From positions 1,152,001 through 1,216,000 of the forward strand of contig OZ240211.1 of the NCBI GenBank assembly GCA_965197525.1: a stretch of 64,000 bases of DNA. Direction: 5' to 3'. Each line of letters starts with the position of its first letter. Positions within the stretch are counted from its first letter, which is position 1. This DNA comes from Nitrosopumilus sp. (GTDB lineage Archaea > Thermoproteota > Nitrososphaeria > Nitrososphaerales > Nitrosopumilaceae). The position numbers were made by a program, and so were the translations under genes. Shown one piece after another: positions 51,079-60,489 of this stretch. Below the pieces are notes generated by a model that was given only the letters and a program-made list of their open reading frames with translations, was not told the origin of the DNA and searched no databases.

Positions 51079-51842
51079 TGAAAGAGAAGAAGAAGCGAGG
51101 GCTACTAGTCATTGATAGAGGAAGCAGGCAACGAGAGGCATCTGAAGAGCTGGAGGCCATCTGCAACGGAGTAAAAACAAAGGGAGGGTACGTCTTTGCA
51201 GATTTCTGTTTTCTAGAGGTAGAGCCGCCATACATAGAGGACGGGATTACACGCTGTCTTGGAGAGGATATTGATTCTCTTACCATAGTTCCCTACTTTT
51301 TGTATCCAGGCAAAAAGGTAAAAAATGCAGTCACAGATGTTATGAAGTTTCAGAGTGATACACAAGTAAAGTTTCTAGTTACAAAACCAATGAGTATGCA
51401 CAAGACCCTAGTTGATATAGTAAAGAGCAGAATAACTGATACCATTGCAGAAAATAATGTAGAACTTCCAGACAAGGATGTAGATATAATGATAATAGGA
51501 CATGGCAGTGTCGATCCCAACGCACAGAGATCGTTGAATTACGTTGTAGACGAGTTACAGGACGCGTACAGAAACGTCAGTCGCTGCTGGCTTGAGATAG
51601 AGCAGCCAGACATCGTGGCAGGTATTGCAAAATGCCAGGCAGACAAGCCTCAAGTACTTGTAATAGTGCTCTATTTTCTGCACGAGGGTGCGCACGTCAA
51701 AAACGACGTAAACAACGACTTGATACCTGCCTTGGCCAACTCTACAATAAGCAAGACGTTTACCACAAAACATATTGGGGCAGATGAGAACATGATAAAT
51801 CTGGTACTAGAGAGAGCCCAAGAGGTAGAAGATGCAGACTAG
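51078..51842 (+). CDS. cbiX: Sirohydrochlorin cobaltochelatase, two-domain CbiX
   Basis: RGSR...FLEVEPP...PYFLYPG and GHGS...WLEIEQP...YFLHEGAHV repeats. Confidence 0.88.
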   Translation: MKEKKKRGLLVIDRGSRQREASEELEAICNGVKTKGGYVFADFCFLEVEPPYIEDGITRCLGEDIDSLTIVPYFLYPGKKVKNAVTDVMKFQSDTQVKFLVTKPMSMHKTLVDIVKSRITDTIAENNVELPDKDVDIMIIGHGSVDPNAQRSLNYVVDELQDAYRNVSRCWLEIEQPDIVAGIAKCQADKPQVLVIVLYFLHEGAHVKNDVNNDLIPALANSTISKTFTTKHIGADENMINLVLERAQEVEDAD

Positions 51843-52464
51843 ATTGGGACAGTCCATAGAGGACGCAAGCATGAGAATGATAGAAGACGAGATAGGTTCT
51901 CACGGGTACGATGAGATGGAATGGCCCATCGTCAGGCGTGTCATTCATTCTACTGCTGACTTTGACTTTGCAGGTAACAACAAGTTGCTATTCCACAAGG
52001 ATGCAATAAAGAGCGGAATGGACGCCTTGAGGGACGGATGTAGCATAGTAGTTGATGTTAACGGTGTGATAGGAGGATTCAACAAGCAGAATCTGCGGGA
52101 TTTTAAAAATGAGACAGTGTGCCATATCTCTAGCTCAGATGTAATGGAGCAGGCAAAGAAGGAAGGCAAGACGCGCTCTCAGGTGGCAATGAGGGTGGCA
52201 GCGCCGGATATTGACGGAGGCGTGGTAGTGATTGGAAACGCGCCTACCGCGTTACAAGAGGTGATTCAGATGGTGCAAGAAAAGGTAGCCACGCCTGCAC
52301 TGATAGTCGGAATTCCAGTCGGATTCATATGTGCTGCTGAATCAAAAGCCGAGTTATCAAAGGTGGCAGAGGCACCATACATTACAAACATTGGAAGAAA
52401 GGGCGGGAGTTCGTCAGCTTCTGCCATAGTTAATGCGCTGTTCAAGCTGATAAGGGCTCAATAG
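51832..52464 (+). CDS. cbiC: Precorrin-8X methylmutase
   Basis: RRVIHSTADF, IGNAPTAL, GIPVGFI, GRKGGS. Confidence 0.95.
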   Translation: MQTRLGQSIEDASMRMIEDEIGSHGYDEMEWPIVRRVIHSTADFDFAGNNKLLFHKDAIKSGMDALRDGCSIVVDVNGVIGGFNKQNLRDFKNETVCHISSSDVMEQAKKEGKTRSQVAMRVAAPDIDGGVVVIGNAPTALQEVIQMVQEKVATPALIVGIPVGFICAAESKAELSKVAEAPYITNIGRKGGSSSASAIVNALFKLIRAQ

Positions 52465-52473
52465 TACAGTTGT

Positions 52474-53841
52474 TTATTTTTTTGAATATCGTCTGCAGTT
52501 ATTTACAAACGAGGATGCAAAAGAGGAATCGGATGCAAAGTAAACATGCCCATAAGAGGCCAAGGTGTTATTTTGAATCAGTCCGTCCATGTGTCGTGTA
52601 ATACCCTGACCAATCTCAAGATCGTACGCAAATTTAGAGTCAGAGGGCACGTTCTCTAACTGAGAGTAATGGAATTCATGGCCGTGAATATTGCGTGCTG
52701 CACCCGAGATTACGGTCTTGGCAGACAGAGTTCCACTGGTATAGTTTAGCGTCATCTTGTCAGTCATGACAGTATCTGCATCAAATAGACCAACCATCTT
52801 GTGTCTCTTATTACCAGAAGATATTGACCGTGTCAGATACATCAAACCGCCGCATTCGGCGTATATTGGCATGTCCTGTTGGGCTAGTCTTTTGATTGAT
52901 TTTTTCATCGGTTGGTTTTTTGCAAGCGAATCTGCTAGAACCTCAGGGAATCCACCTCCGATGTACATGCCATCGCATGTAGGAATTGTTTTGTCTTTGA
53001 CTGGACTAAAGAATTTTAAATCTGCGCCATGATTACGCAACGACTCCAGATTGGCAGGATAATAAAAATTAAAAGATGTGTCTTGCGCCACTGCAATTGT
53101 AGTAACGAGAGGTTTCTTTGGAATGGGTTTTACAGCAGTGATTACAGGTTTAGAGTTTTTTAGTATTGAGAGAATCATGTCAATGTCAATTGATTTTGAT
53201 AGGACGTTTGTAATTTTTGTTAGCTGTTTCCTTTGAGCGTTTTTTTCCTGTGTGGTGATTAATCCCAAGTGGCGTGATGGTATGTGTAAGGTTGGATTTC
53301 GCGGGATTGACGCTACAACTGGAATGTTGAATTTTTGTAACGCGTCTCTACACAGTCTGTCATGTTTGGGACCGGCGATATTGTTTAGGATGATACCGCA
53401 GATTCGACTGTTTCTTGTAAATTTTAAGAATCCTAAAACGATGGCAGCAACAGAGCGAGCAGATTTTGATGCATCAGCTACCAGTATTACAGGGGATTTT
53501 GTGATTGTAGCTACATGGTATGTGCTGGAATGGTTTGAGCTTCCCGAATACCCGTCATAGTATCCCATGACGCCTTCTATAATGGACATGTCAGACTTTG
53601 AATTGGTGATAAGAGTGTCTAGGACGTGTCGGTCCCTCATAAGCCAGACATCAAGATTGTAGGTATTCTGGTTTGAGATGCTGGACAGGTAAGACGGGTC
53701 AATATAGTCAGGTCCCACCTTGAATGGCTGAACAGTCAAACCACGTTTCTGTAGGGCATGAATAATAGAACATGTAATGATGGTCTTGCCTACACCGCTC
53801 GTCGTGCCTGCAATTACAACTCTGGGAATAGCGGTATTCAA
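52474..53841 (-). CDS. cbiA: Cobyrinate a,c-diamide synthase
   Basis: SGVGKT, FKVGPDYIDP, IEGVMG, GGGFPE, YAECGGLMYL, GHEFHYS. Confidence 0.96.
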   Translation of the reverse strand: MNTAIPRVVIAGTTSGVGKTIITCSIIHALQKRGLTVQPFKVGPDYIDPSYLSSISNQNTYNLDVWLMRDRHVLDTLITNSKSDMSIIEGVMGYYDGYSGSSNHSSTYHVATITKSPVILVADASKSARSVAAIVLGFLKFTRNSRICGIILNNIAGPKHDRLCRDALQKFNIPVVASIPRNPTLHIPSRHLGLITTQEKNAQRKQLTKITNVLSKSIDIDMILSILKNSKPVITAVKPIPKKPLVTTIAVAQDTSFNFYYPANLESLRNHGADLKFFSPVKDKTIPTCDGMYIGGGFPEVLADSLAKNQPMKKSIKRLAQQDMPIYAECGGLMYLTRSISSGNKRHKMVGLFDADTVMTDKMTLNYTSGTLSAKTVISGAARNIHGHEFHYSQLENVPSDSKFAYDLEIGQGITRHMDGLIQNNTLASYGHVYFASDSSFASSFVNNCRRYSKK

Positions 53842-53925
53842 TGTGAGAGTTGAGCGCGTTTTTTATTTAAATTAACGGATTATAGGGAAGTTTATGTTTT
53901 TAGTGAGATGTTATATTGATAGGAT

Positions 53926-54459
53926 ATGGAAAGAGACGGCCTAGTCATTGTTTATACAGGCAATGGAAAGGGTAAGACAACTGCTGCATTGGGAATTGCG
54001 CTACGCGCTACAGGTTACAAAAAGAGGATATGTATGATTCAATTTATCAAAGGGTCGTGGCATTACGGTGAGATGGATTCATCAAAGAGGCTGGAGCCAG
54101 AGTTTGAGATGGTGGCAGTAGGCAAAGGATTTGTAGGCATTATTGATGACAAGAGCCCAAGAGAGGATCATGAGAATATTGCAAAAGAGGCAGTAAGAGT
54201 CAGTAATGAAAAGATACAGTCAGGCGACTATGATATTGTGATTTTAGATGAGATAAACTATGCTGTGAATTTGAAACTAATTACAGTAGAGCAGGTGTTG
54301 GATATCATCAAATCAAAACCAAGAACAGTAGACCTGGTGCTGACAGGGAACCATGCAAAAGAGGAGGTAATAGAGATAGCTGATCTAGTCACAGAGATGA
54401 GGGTGATAAAGCATCCGTTCCAACGCGGGATTAAAGCCAAGAAAGGAATCGATTTTTGA
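53926..54459 (+). CDS. cobO: Cob(I)alamin adenosyltransferase (CobO/BtuR)
   Basis: YTGNGKGKTTAALG, QFIKG, ILDEI, LTG, KHPF..G. Confidence 0.96.
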   Translation: MERDGLVIVYTGNGKGKTTAALGIALRATGYKKRICMIQFIKGSWHYGEMDSSKRLEPEFEMVAVGKGFVGIIDDKSPREDHENIAKEAVRVSNEKIQSGDYDIVILDEINYAVNLKLITVEQVLDIIKSKPRTVDLVLTGNHAKEEVIEIADLVTEMRVIKHPFQRGIKAKKGIDF

Positions 54460-54959
54460 TTGATAGAATGATGATTAGATTATTGTACGTGAGTTTAGAT
54501 GTATAATTCCATGCTTGATATGTTGCATCATATATGAGTTAAAACTAGTAAAACAAATGATTATAGAATCATATGACGTGTTTCAGCATATCTAATACAA
54601 AAAATATGTAAAATGTATGATAGGGCAATAACTTGAACCTTTATAATATTACTCTGAAAAAAATTTATCTTGTAATTGATCTCTTTTTTTCTCTCTCTAT
54701 CTCTCAAGTTATTTTATATCTGCATAGTTTAGAATTATATGTACATGTATCATTTACTGGAATAAAACACTTTTTGATCACTCTAAAATAGTATATCTTA
54801 CATTAAGCAATTTAATTATCGGAATCTTATCCAGTGATGCATATATTTTTGATCCAAAACATAGTATTGCATATGAGTAGCTGTTACTGACACTCATAAT
54901 ATGGAATTATAATAATACAAATAGATAGACTTTAAGACTAGGCATCATCACATACTACA

Positions 54960-56063
54960 TTGAATATAGACTATGACACAAGTCATGTGGTAAATCTCAA
55001 CTCTCTGCAAGACAACCAGATGAGAAAGATGGGAATACTAAGAGAAAAGGTCAGAGAATTAGAGGTGATTCCAATAGAGCCTGCGGGCTCATACATGCCC
55101 GTGACGTTCAAATCGTTTGATGGTGGCAGATTTGATATGCACTTTGAACCGTTTGAATTCGAGATAGTCAAAGTAGCAGATTCAAGTGGTAACGTTAGGA
55201 TGAACTTTGCGGCGCCTGTAGGAGATATGAGTAATGATAAAGTGTTAGAGGAGATGTTAGAGCCGTTAAACTCGCATCCTGTCATGTGCCACTTTTTAGA
55301 CATAATGGGCAAATCATCGCTAACAGAGATATCTGACATTCTAACTGCCAAAGGTACGCTGATGGAGATTGCAGAGTTTGCATGTATGTTTGATGCCATA
55401 AAACATGCCTCAAGAGATAACAAAACGATAATTCTCAAAGATGGATTGCTGCGTACTAAGAAGATAAAACATGAACTAATTCCATCACTTGTAGAAGTAT
55501 TACACAGAAACAAAGATCATGTAAAGGTGATAGGTGTAGCAAAAACATCAAGATTAGTATTTTTGCTACAAGCAGCACTTGCATGTGAGAAGATCTTCCC
55601 AAGAGAACAGATTGGATATGTCAGGATTCCATTAGGGATAGAGAACATGGCGTACAGATGGAATGGTGCAGGAACCATCCTGCGCGAAATGCCCACCAAG
55701 CTTACATACTCGTTTGGTAATCTGTACATTGCAAAACTCTCACGATACAAGAATCTCTTTGTAACAGTGGAACTGCCCCAAAGAACGGATGGAAGTAATG
55801 TATATTCTGAGGAAGAGGTGACAGAGATAATGAGCTATCTAGCAAAAGATGCAATGTATTCCTACCCCATGATAGGATATCCACAAACCATAATGCGAGC
55901 ACATGAATCAGCTGCAGGACTAGGAATTCCTGCATCCATGTTACATGAGAGTATAATAAAGGGGTTGATAAATAGATCCGATCCATTACTGGCAGAGTAC
56001 ATACGTGACTCAGTCATGCTTGATGAGATAATATCAAAGGAGTATCTTGGAGGCAAGGCATAA
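54960..56063 (+). CDS. nurA: NurA-family (RNase H-like) nuclease
   Basis: FKSFDGG, IILKDGLLR, VIGVAKTS, GYPQTIMRAHESA; TAATG overlap with the downstream ATPase. Confidence 0.75.
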   Translation: MNIDYDTSHVVNLNSLQDNQMRKMGILREKVRELEVIPIEPAGSYMPVTFKSFDGGRFDMHFEPFEFEIVKVADSSGNVRMNFAAPVGDMSNDKVLEEMLEPLNSHPVMCHFLDIMGKSSLTEISDILTAKGTLMEIAEFACMFDAIKHASRDNKTIILKDGLLRTKKIKHELIPSLVEVLHRNKDHVKVIGVAKTSRLVFLLQAALACEKIFPREQIGYVRIPLGIENMAYRWNGAGTILREMPTKLTYSFGNLYIAKLSRYKNLFVTVELPQRTDGSNVYSEEEVTEIMSYLAKDAMYSYPMIGYPQTIMRAHESAAGLGIPASMLHESIIKGLINRSDPLLAEYIRDSVMLDEIISKEYLGGKA

Positions 56064-57889
56064 TGGATGACGACGTAGTAGGAGTATTTACCGGTCTTGA
56101 GAGCTCATTATACGAGTACGTTGCAAAGATAATTGCCCCGTACAGACCCAACTTTAGGCTCGAGATAGGGACGCTGTTGCTAGTCCAGAATATGAAAGAA
56201 GACATAGTAGCAAGAATAATGGACTATTCGCCTAGTGGTGAATTTACTACTGCCATGGGGGAAAAGTGGTTAAGTGAGATAGCGTCCCAGGGCGCCATAG
56301 ATGAGATTGGTCATGACATAAAGAAGAGCAAGATAATCTACAAGATCAGGATAAAGGTATTAGGTTCCATAGAGGAAGGAGTATTTACTGCAGGACTCAA
56401 GAGAATACCGCAGATCACAAGCAAGGTAAAGCTGCCAAACAGGGAGCACCTGCAGACCATAATAAGCAAGGTGATGGAGGGACAAGGTGGCGGTGTACAT
56501 ATAGGCCACTACATCATGGATGAAGACATACAGATAACATTTGATGAAAGCAAGCTCAACTCAAAGAGGACCTTTGTATTTGCAAGGGCAGGATATGGAA
56601 AGAGTAATCTGATGAAGATAATATGCAAAGAATGGAGTAACCGCAACGGCGGACTGTTGGTATTTGATCAAGACGGCGAATACGCAGTAACGGATACTGA
56701 GGGAAGACCAGGTATCATGGACGGAAGAGAGGCGATTCTCATCACGAACCAAAAGATGAATGAAACCCTTGCAAACGTCTATCACAACAACAAGGTAAAT
56801 CTAGCTGATCTACCACACAGGATGATAGTACCGTTGTTGGTAAACCCCATCAAACATGAGACGGTTTTCTTTGGCAAGCTTATGGGCATGAAACCAAACA
56901 AATGGCCAGAACTAGTGAATTTACTACACACAAAAGGATGGGCAGCTGATTATGATGAAATAGATAAGATTGTGACAGGCGGTTCTTCAAGAGGGCCAAG
57001 CGAGATAGACATTAAACCTATACTGAACAATCTGGTGCCATCAATAAACAGTATACATGATCCAGATTCCAAGACAATTCAGATTGTTGAACAATCGCTA
57101 CGCCAAGGAAACGTGGTAATATTTGACATATCCCGGCTTGACTCCCAGACTGCGCGATGGCTGAGCTCCATGATAGTCACGATGATATTCAACCGGAACA
57201 AGGAGAATTTCATCAAGCATGGAGGAACCGGCCTCATCAAGGCTACATTTGTACTAGAAGAGGCGCACAATGTACTAGGTGGAAGTGATAGATCGTCTGC
57301 TCCGTCTGCGTTTGTTGAACTTGCAAAAGAGGGAAGAAAGTACAACCTAGGTGGAATATTCATAACCCAGCAACCCGGAAGCATACCTACTGATATCGTA
57401 AGCCAAGGCGACAACTTTTTTGTCTTCCATCTGTTAAGCAGAAAGGACCTCGAATCACTATCCAACGCAAACGCGCATTATTCTCGAGACATCATAACAC
57501 AGATACTCAATGAACCGATAAGAGGGAAGAGTTACATGTGGACGTCTCACCAACCGTTTGTCATACCTGTAATGATGAGGAATTTTGAGGATCTAGTACA
57601 ACCTAACAAAAGTGTGGAGAAACAAGCTGCTTCTCCTATCCTCCCACACATGCTAAAAGGTATGAGGGAGAAGGACAAAAATCCGATTATAAGATCAGTG
57701 TATGAAAAGTTTATCAAGATAGAAAAAGATCCGTCAATAGCTCAAGATAAAAAAGGTGTTGAAACTTTTAAAATTCTAACAGATGATGAAAAACAATATC
57801 TTGATGGCATAGATGCATTGCAGCCTGGTCATGATGGCAAACCATTTGCCCTCTCATACCCATATCAACGTAAACTAAAAGCCATGTGA
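56063..57889 (+). CDS. herA: HerA/FtsK-family ATPase (DUF87) with N-terminal HAS-like barrel
   Basis: Variant Walker A FARAGYGKS, FDQDGEY, Walker B LEEAH, AKEGRKY...ITQQP. Confidence 0.85.
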   Translation: MDDDVVGVFTGLESSLYEYVAKIIAPYRPNFRLEIGTLLLVQNMKEDIVARIMDYSPSGEFTTAMGEKWLSEIASQGAIDEIGHDIKKSKIIYKIRIKVLGSIEEGVFTAGLKRIPQITSKVKLPNREHLQTIISKVMEGQGGGVHIGHYIMDEDIQITFDESKLNSKRTFVFARAGYGKSNLMKIICKEWSNRNGGLLVFDQDGEYAVTDTEGRPGIMDGREAILITNQKMNETLANVYHNNKVNLADLPHRMIVPLLVNPIKHETVFFGKLMGMKPNKWPELVNLLHTKGWAADYDEIDKIVTGGSSRGPSEIDIKPILNNLVPSINSIHDPDSKTIQIVEQSLRQGNVVIFDISRLDSQTARWLSSMIVTMIFNRNKENFIKHGGTGLIKATFVLEEAHNVLGGSDRSSAPSAFVELAKEGRKYNLGGIFITQQPGSIPTDIVSQGDNFFVFHLLSRKDLESLSNANAHYSRDIITQILNEPIRGKSYMWTSHQPFVIPVMMRNFEDLVQPNKSVEKQAASPILPHMLKGMREKDKNPIIRSVYEKFIKIEKDPSIAQDKKGVETFKILTDDEKQYLDGIDALQPGHDGKPFALSYPYQRKLKAM

Positions 57890-58133
57890 TACTCTGGCAA
57901 CTAGATCATCTCACTTTTTCTGCAGGAGGATATAACACGCAGACAGCTAGCAAAAATAATATTCTAGAATGCAGAGATTCAATTTAGAAGAATCATAGTG
58001 TTTGGATACCGCTATCAGCAAAACGATCCACGCAATCAACACGCAGATAATCAAGTTTTATGGAACTAGATGTAGTTCCAAATAACAAAATGATCTACAC
58101 ATGGAATCATTTACCGGTTGTCATTATGATCCG

Positions 58134-60350
58134 TCAGTGTCCTTCTATATCAAACTCATCCTTTCTGGATTTTCTCATCGCCTCTAGCTTGGCTGCCTTT
58201 TTGGGTCGTAGGATCAGTACATAGCTTGATGCCACAAGGTACACGCTAAGCAGAACTATCTGTGCTACCACCGTCTCCAACGTCGGATATATTCCAGTCA
58301 TGGTGGCAAGATTGATGTCCAGTCTTGGTACCACACCCAACATGCTGGTGTATGGCACAAAGTCCAGTACCTGCAGCTCCCTTACTGCATTACCCAAAAA
58401 TGCAATAGAGAGGTATGCCCCTATTCCCATAGTCAGACCAAAGAGGACCCTTAGTGGCAAGCGTTTGCCCAGTCTTCTCATCACGAAATATATCAAGAGC
58501 AACGAGCCTATACCCACAATAAAGCCAAGGCCCACATAGAGCTCCAGATACTTTGCAAAGCCGAACATCGCCTGGTAGAACAGCACCGTCTCAAACCCCT
58601 CACGATAAATGGTAAAAAACGACAATAAGATAAAGACAGTCGCGCTTCCGGTAGTGGTAGCCTGCCAGACCTTGGCCTTTACAAACTCCATCCATTTCTT
58701 GTGTTCTATCTTGTTGAGTATCCAAAAGCTTACATAAAACAGCACAGCAGTCGCAGACAGGGCAGCAATAGCCTCAATAAGTTCCCGATTGGCGCCTGAT
58801 ATCTCTATGACATACGACGCTACCACCCACGTGATTCCAGTTGCCACTATTCCTGCCAGGATGCCATAGTAGACATGTGATTTGAACCGTGTGCTACGTG
58901 AGGCTTCCAGATACGTGAGTATAGCACCAAGTATGAGGACTGACTCTAGTCCCTCCCTAAATATGATGGCAAATGAGGCAGTAAATGCTATGAGCGGGGC
59001 GATCTGACCACTTCCAGTTACCAAGCGTTCGGATTCGTCCAAGTTGCGATCTATGGCTATGGATACTCGCTGGACATCCTCGTATGGAGCTTGTTCCTTG
59101 ATGAGGTTGCGCAGTTCGGCGAACTGATACTCCACCTCTAATGTAAAGTCAGGTGCAATAGGCCGTAGTGGGATCTCTACATATTCGTAGCTGTCAAGGT
59201 ACGCTGTCCTAGAGGTTGCATATGCAGAGGCATAATCACCATTCTCATAATGTATGAGCATCTCCTGTAGACTGGAGCGGATAAAATCGATCTCAGTCCT
59301 TACCTCAGCCTGCTGGTCTTCTGTGGAATCACCTCTCTCCTTGAGTGTCCTCTCAGCGTTGGCTGCCAACGGATCGGTGGTAGTAGCCAAGAATGCAACT
59401 GTCATCTCCTCGCCTCTGTTCAAATCTGGCAGTATGGACACCTCTAGAAATTCTCTGATTTCATCCGGACTCTGGCCATCCTTTATCATTCCTCTTAGCT
59501 CTTCTCTCATATCAATCTCCAGCGCATACATGAACTCGGCATCAATTATCTCCAGAGTGGGTTCCAAGTATTCAAAATTCTCCAAGTATGCCTCTATTGC
59601 TAGCTCCTCTGCTGCATCATAATCTCCTGCATCGACTGCCTCTAACAGCTTGGCGTACAGTACCCTGATGTTCTCGTACAGTTTCTCCTGATCGTGTCCT
59701 GCAGTCTGTGTACCTAAGAGATCCCGTTGTATGGCACTCACTATGTTGCCTATTGGTACGAATCCCATCCTGTTCTCCACACCTTCTTCCAAGTCGTTGA
59801 AGAACGATTGTTGCTCCAAGTCCAGCATCACGTTCAAATTCGCGTCCTGTTCAAAGAGCATCTTGGATTCTGAGAATATGGTTCTTGCGATCTCGTAGGC
59901 GGCATCATTCTCCTCGTCGATTGCAACAACATACTCCTCGTAGGCTGCTGACAGCATGTCAACTACCACTAGGTCGAGGTTTTCTGCATGAACATCATAA
60001 GCATTTAGTTGTGATAATATAGAGTCAAACTCCTGAGTCGAACCAGATTTTATGGATACTGGAAGATCCAAAAGGGATATGTGTAACTCGTTAGTGACAG
60101 ACTGGTCATGCTCCCGCAACCCCTGCAGACCCAGTGCTAGGTTATTTGACGCGAATTCTGCAGCGTATCGTGCGTTTTCTGCATCCCCATCTTGAGCAAA
60201 ATCTTTTCCAATGTTCAGTCCGGTCTCCACAATCTTCAGTGTGGAGACAGGCGAGTGTACAAATCCTTGCTGGAATGATTCAGATGGGATAAATAACAAT
60301 AAACTGACTATTACAGTTAACAGAAAATATCTATGGATAACTCGAAGCAA
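58134..60350 (-). CDS. FTR1/EfeU-family high-affinity iron permease with large N-terminal soluble region
   Basis: Two RExLE-type motifs (FREGLES, YREGFET) in the TM domain; soluble AYLENFEYLE and AYLDSYEYVE modules. Confidence 0.92.
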   Translation of the reverse strand: MLRVIHRYFLLTVIVSLLLFIPSESFQQGFVHSPVSTLKIVETGLNIGKDFAQDGDAENARYAAEFASNNLALGLQGLREHDQSVTNELHISLLDLPVSIKSGSTQEFDSILSQLNAYDVHAENLDLVVVDMLSAAYEEYVVAIDEENDAAYEIARTIFSESKMLFEQDANLNVMLDLEQQSFFNDLEEGVENRMGFVPIGNIVSAIQRDLLGTQTAGHDQEKLYENIRVLYAKLLEAVDAGDYDAAEELAIEAYLENFEYLEPTLEIIDAEFMYALEIDMREELRGMIKDGQSPDEIREFLEVSILPDLNRGEEMTVAFLATTTDPLAANAERTLKERGDSTEDQQAEVRTEIDFIRSSLQEMLIHYENGDYASAYATSRTAYLDSYEYVEIPLRPIAPDFTLEVEYQFAELRNLIKEQAPYEDVQRVSIAIDRNLDESERLVTGSGQIAPLIAFTASFAIIFREGLESVLILGAILTYLEASRSTRFKSHVYYGILAGIVATGITWVVASYVIEISGANRELIEAIAALSATAVLFYVSFWILNKIEHKKWMEFVKAKVWQATTTGSATVFILLSFFTIYREGFETVLFYQAMFGFAKYLELYVGLGFIVGIGSLLLIYFVMRRLGKRLPLRVLFGLTMGIGAYLSIAFLGNAVRELQVLDFVPYTSMLGVVPRLDINLATMTGIYPTLETVVAQIVLLSVYLVASSYVLILRPKKAAKLEAMRKSRKDEFDIEGH

Positions 60351-60489
60351 TATATTGATTGAATGTCGGTGTTTATTAAAAGCTTAATTTCATTCCATAG
60401 TTATAGAGTAGCCACGTACACTAACGGTATTAGAGGAGAGACACTATCTAAAATAAGAGCCAAAGTCAAAAAAAAATGGAATTGTTGTG

